From assembly GCF_006345805.1 (NCBI RefSeq), contig NC_043003.1, positions 13,206,001 to 13,270,000 of the forward strand: a DNA stretch of 64,000 bases. The letters are read 5' to 3'. Position 1 is the first letter of the stretch. Each line of letters opens with the position of its first letter. Position numbers and translations under genes: made by a program. Of this stretch, positions 62,840 to 64,000 are shown in pieces. The DNA is from Octopus sinensis. Its lineage: Eukaryota. The notes beneath the pieces were generated by a model, which had not been told where the DNA came from, searched no databases, and saw only the letters and a list, made by a program, of their open reading frames with translations.

Positions 62840-63260
62840 TACACACCTGCTCAGAGGCCTGCATGAAGTTTTCCAAAAATGTTCATCATTCTTGACACAA
62901 TTAAGGGGATCTTAGGCAACTGAAACCTGAGTGTCTTTTTGGTCAGCTGAAAGCAGTTTGGGCACAAACTTGGCAGACACGTGTCTCATACCCACATCTT
63001 CAGTGATAATGGACTGATCTGAACCATATCTAATCTGCACATCCTCTGATAACTCACAAATGATGATTCGACAATTTCCCCTCAGAGATGCACATACATC
63101 TGCAATGTTTTTCTCAGTTCTGCTGGTTGCAGGTCTCCCAGAACGTTCATCACTATCAACATATTTTGGCCATCTTGGAAACATCTGAATCACTCATACA
63201 CTTGTGTGCAGCTCATACACTCCTCTCCATACACTTTCTGCAATTTTGCATAAGCCTATG
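62840..63260 (-). mobile_element. Mariner transposase N-terminal fragment
   Basis: ORF 62912..63193: DERSGRPATS...MRHVSAKFVPKLL. Confidence 0.85.
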
Positions 63261-64000
63261 AGCAGGGTTTTTTTTTTTTTGCCATAAAACACACCAACCA
63301 ATCGTGACCGTTTCCAGCCTCCCCTGGCGCCTGTGCCGGTGTCACATAGAAAACACCCACTACACTCACAGAGTGGTTGGCGTTAGGAAAGGCATCCAGC
63401 TGTAGAAACACTGCCAGATCAGACTGGAGCCTGGTGCAGCCTCCTGACTTCTCAGACCCCGGTCGAACTGTCCAACCCATGCTAGCATGGAAAACGGACG
63501 TTAAACAATGATGATGATGATGATGATCAATGCGGCGATCGCATACTACACACATTCCTTTCAAGCATTGCTGTAAACATTGAAGTGAGCTAGAACGTTA
63601 AAATTTAGTGCACATGCACAGCAGAGTCCAAGGTCAATCTGTGCTGAGCAGCTTTACTCTGTGTGCTTTATATAAAGAGAGGGTAAAAAACCCCTTTGGT
63701 CATGAGATTGCGCCTAGAAAGTTTCCTTCTAAGGCACAAATCTGGGTAAGGTTGTTTATGGAAGACCAGCAGTTGCCCATGCGTATCAGCCCCCCCCCCT
63801 TCTCCATGCCACTGATATTACCCAAGGGAAAGACCAAAGACCGATATAGCTTAGCACCAGTGATATCGCAACTCATTTTTACAGCTGAGTGAACTGGAGC
63901 AACATGAAATAAAGTGGCACAAGTCTGGACAATCTTGTTTATGGAAGACCAGCAGTCGCCCATGTATACCAGCCTCCCCTCTACATGTGACCAATGTTAT

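Overview
AT-rich, microsatellite-dense animal genomic DNA; the repeat families look like those of Octopus (inference from memory, not a database hit). The window lies inside one large + strand gene with 21 coding exons (907-62465, about 3506 nt, about 1168 aa). All introns are GT-AG, the frame is continuous, and both gene ends lie outside the window. The exons encode six complete MAM domains and part of a seventh, arranged as a repeating (MAM-A, MAM-B, MAM-C, Thr/Pro linker) unit. This fits a MALRD1/MAM-LDLa-like multi-MAM protein, although no LDLa exon is present here. The introns are filled with tRNA-derived SINEs, RTE and R4-type LINE fragments, two full-length decayed mariners, hAT, piggyBac- and pogo-type MITEs and Helitron/HINE-like elements. 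The most striking unexplained signal is a set of long intronic palindromes, several carrying minimal Penelope-type hammerhead ribozyme motifs. One family joins a tRNA-like Pol III head to a hammerhead and occurs as head-to-head inverted dimers. There are also two local copy-paste insertions flanked by direct repeats, one of which duplicates an exon acceptor. All coordinates were read by hand; exon boundaries are exact to the best of my reading and repeat boundaries are approximate.
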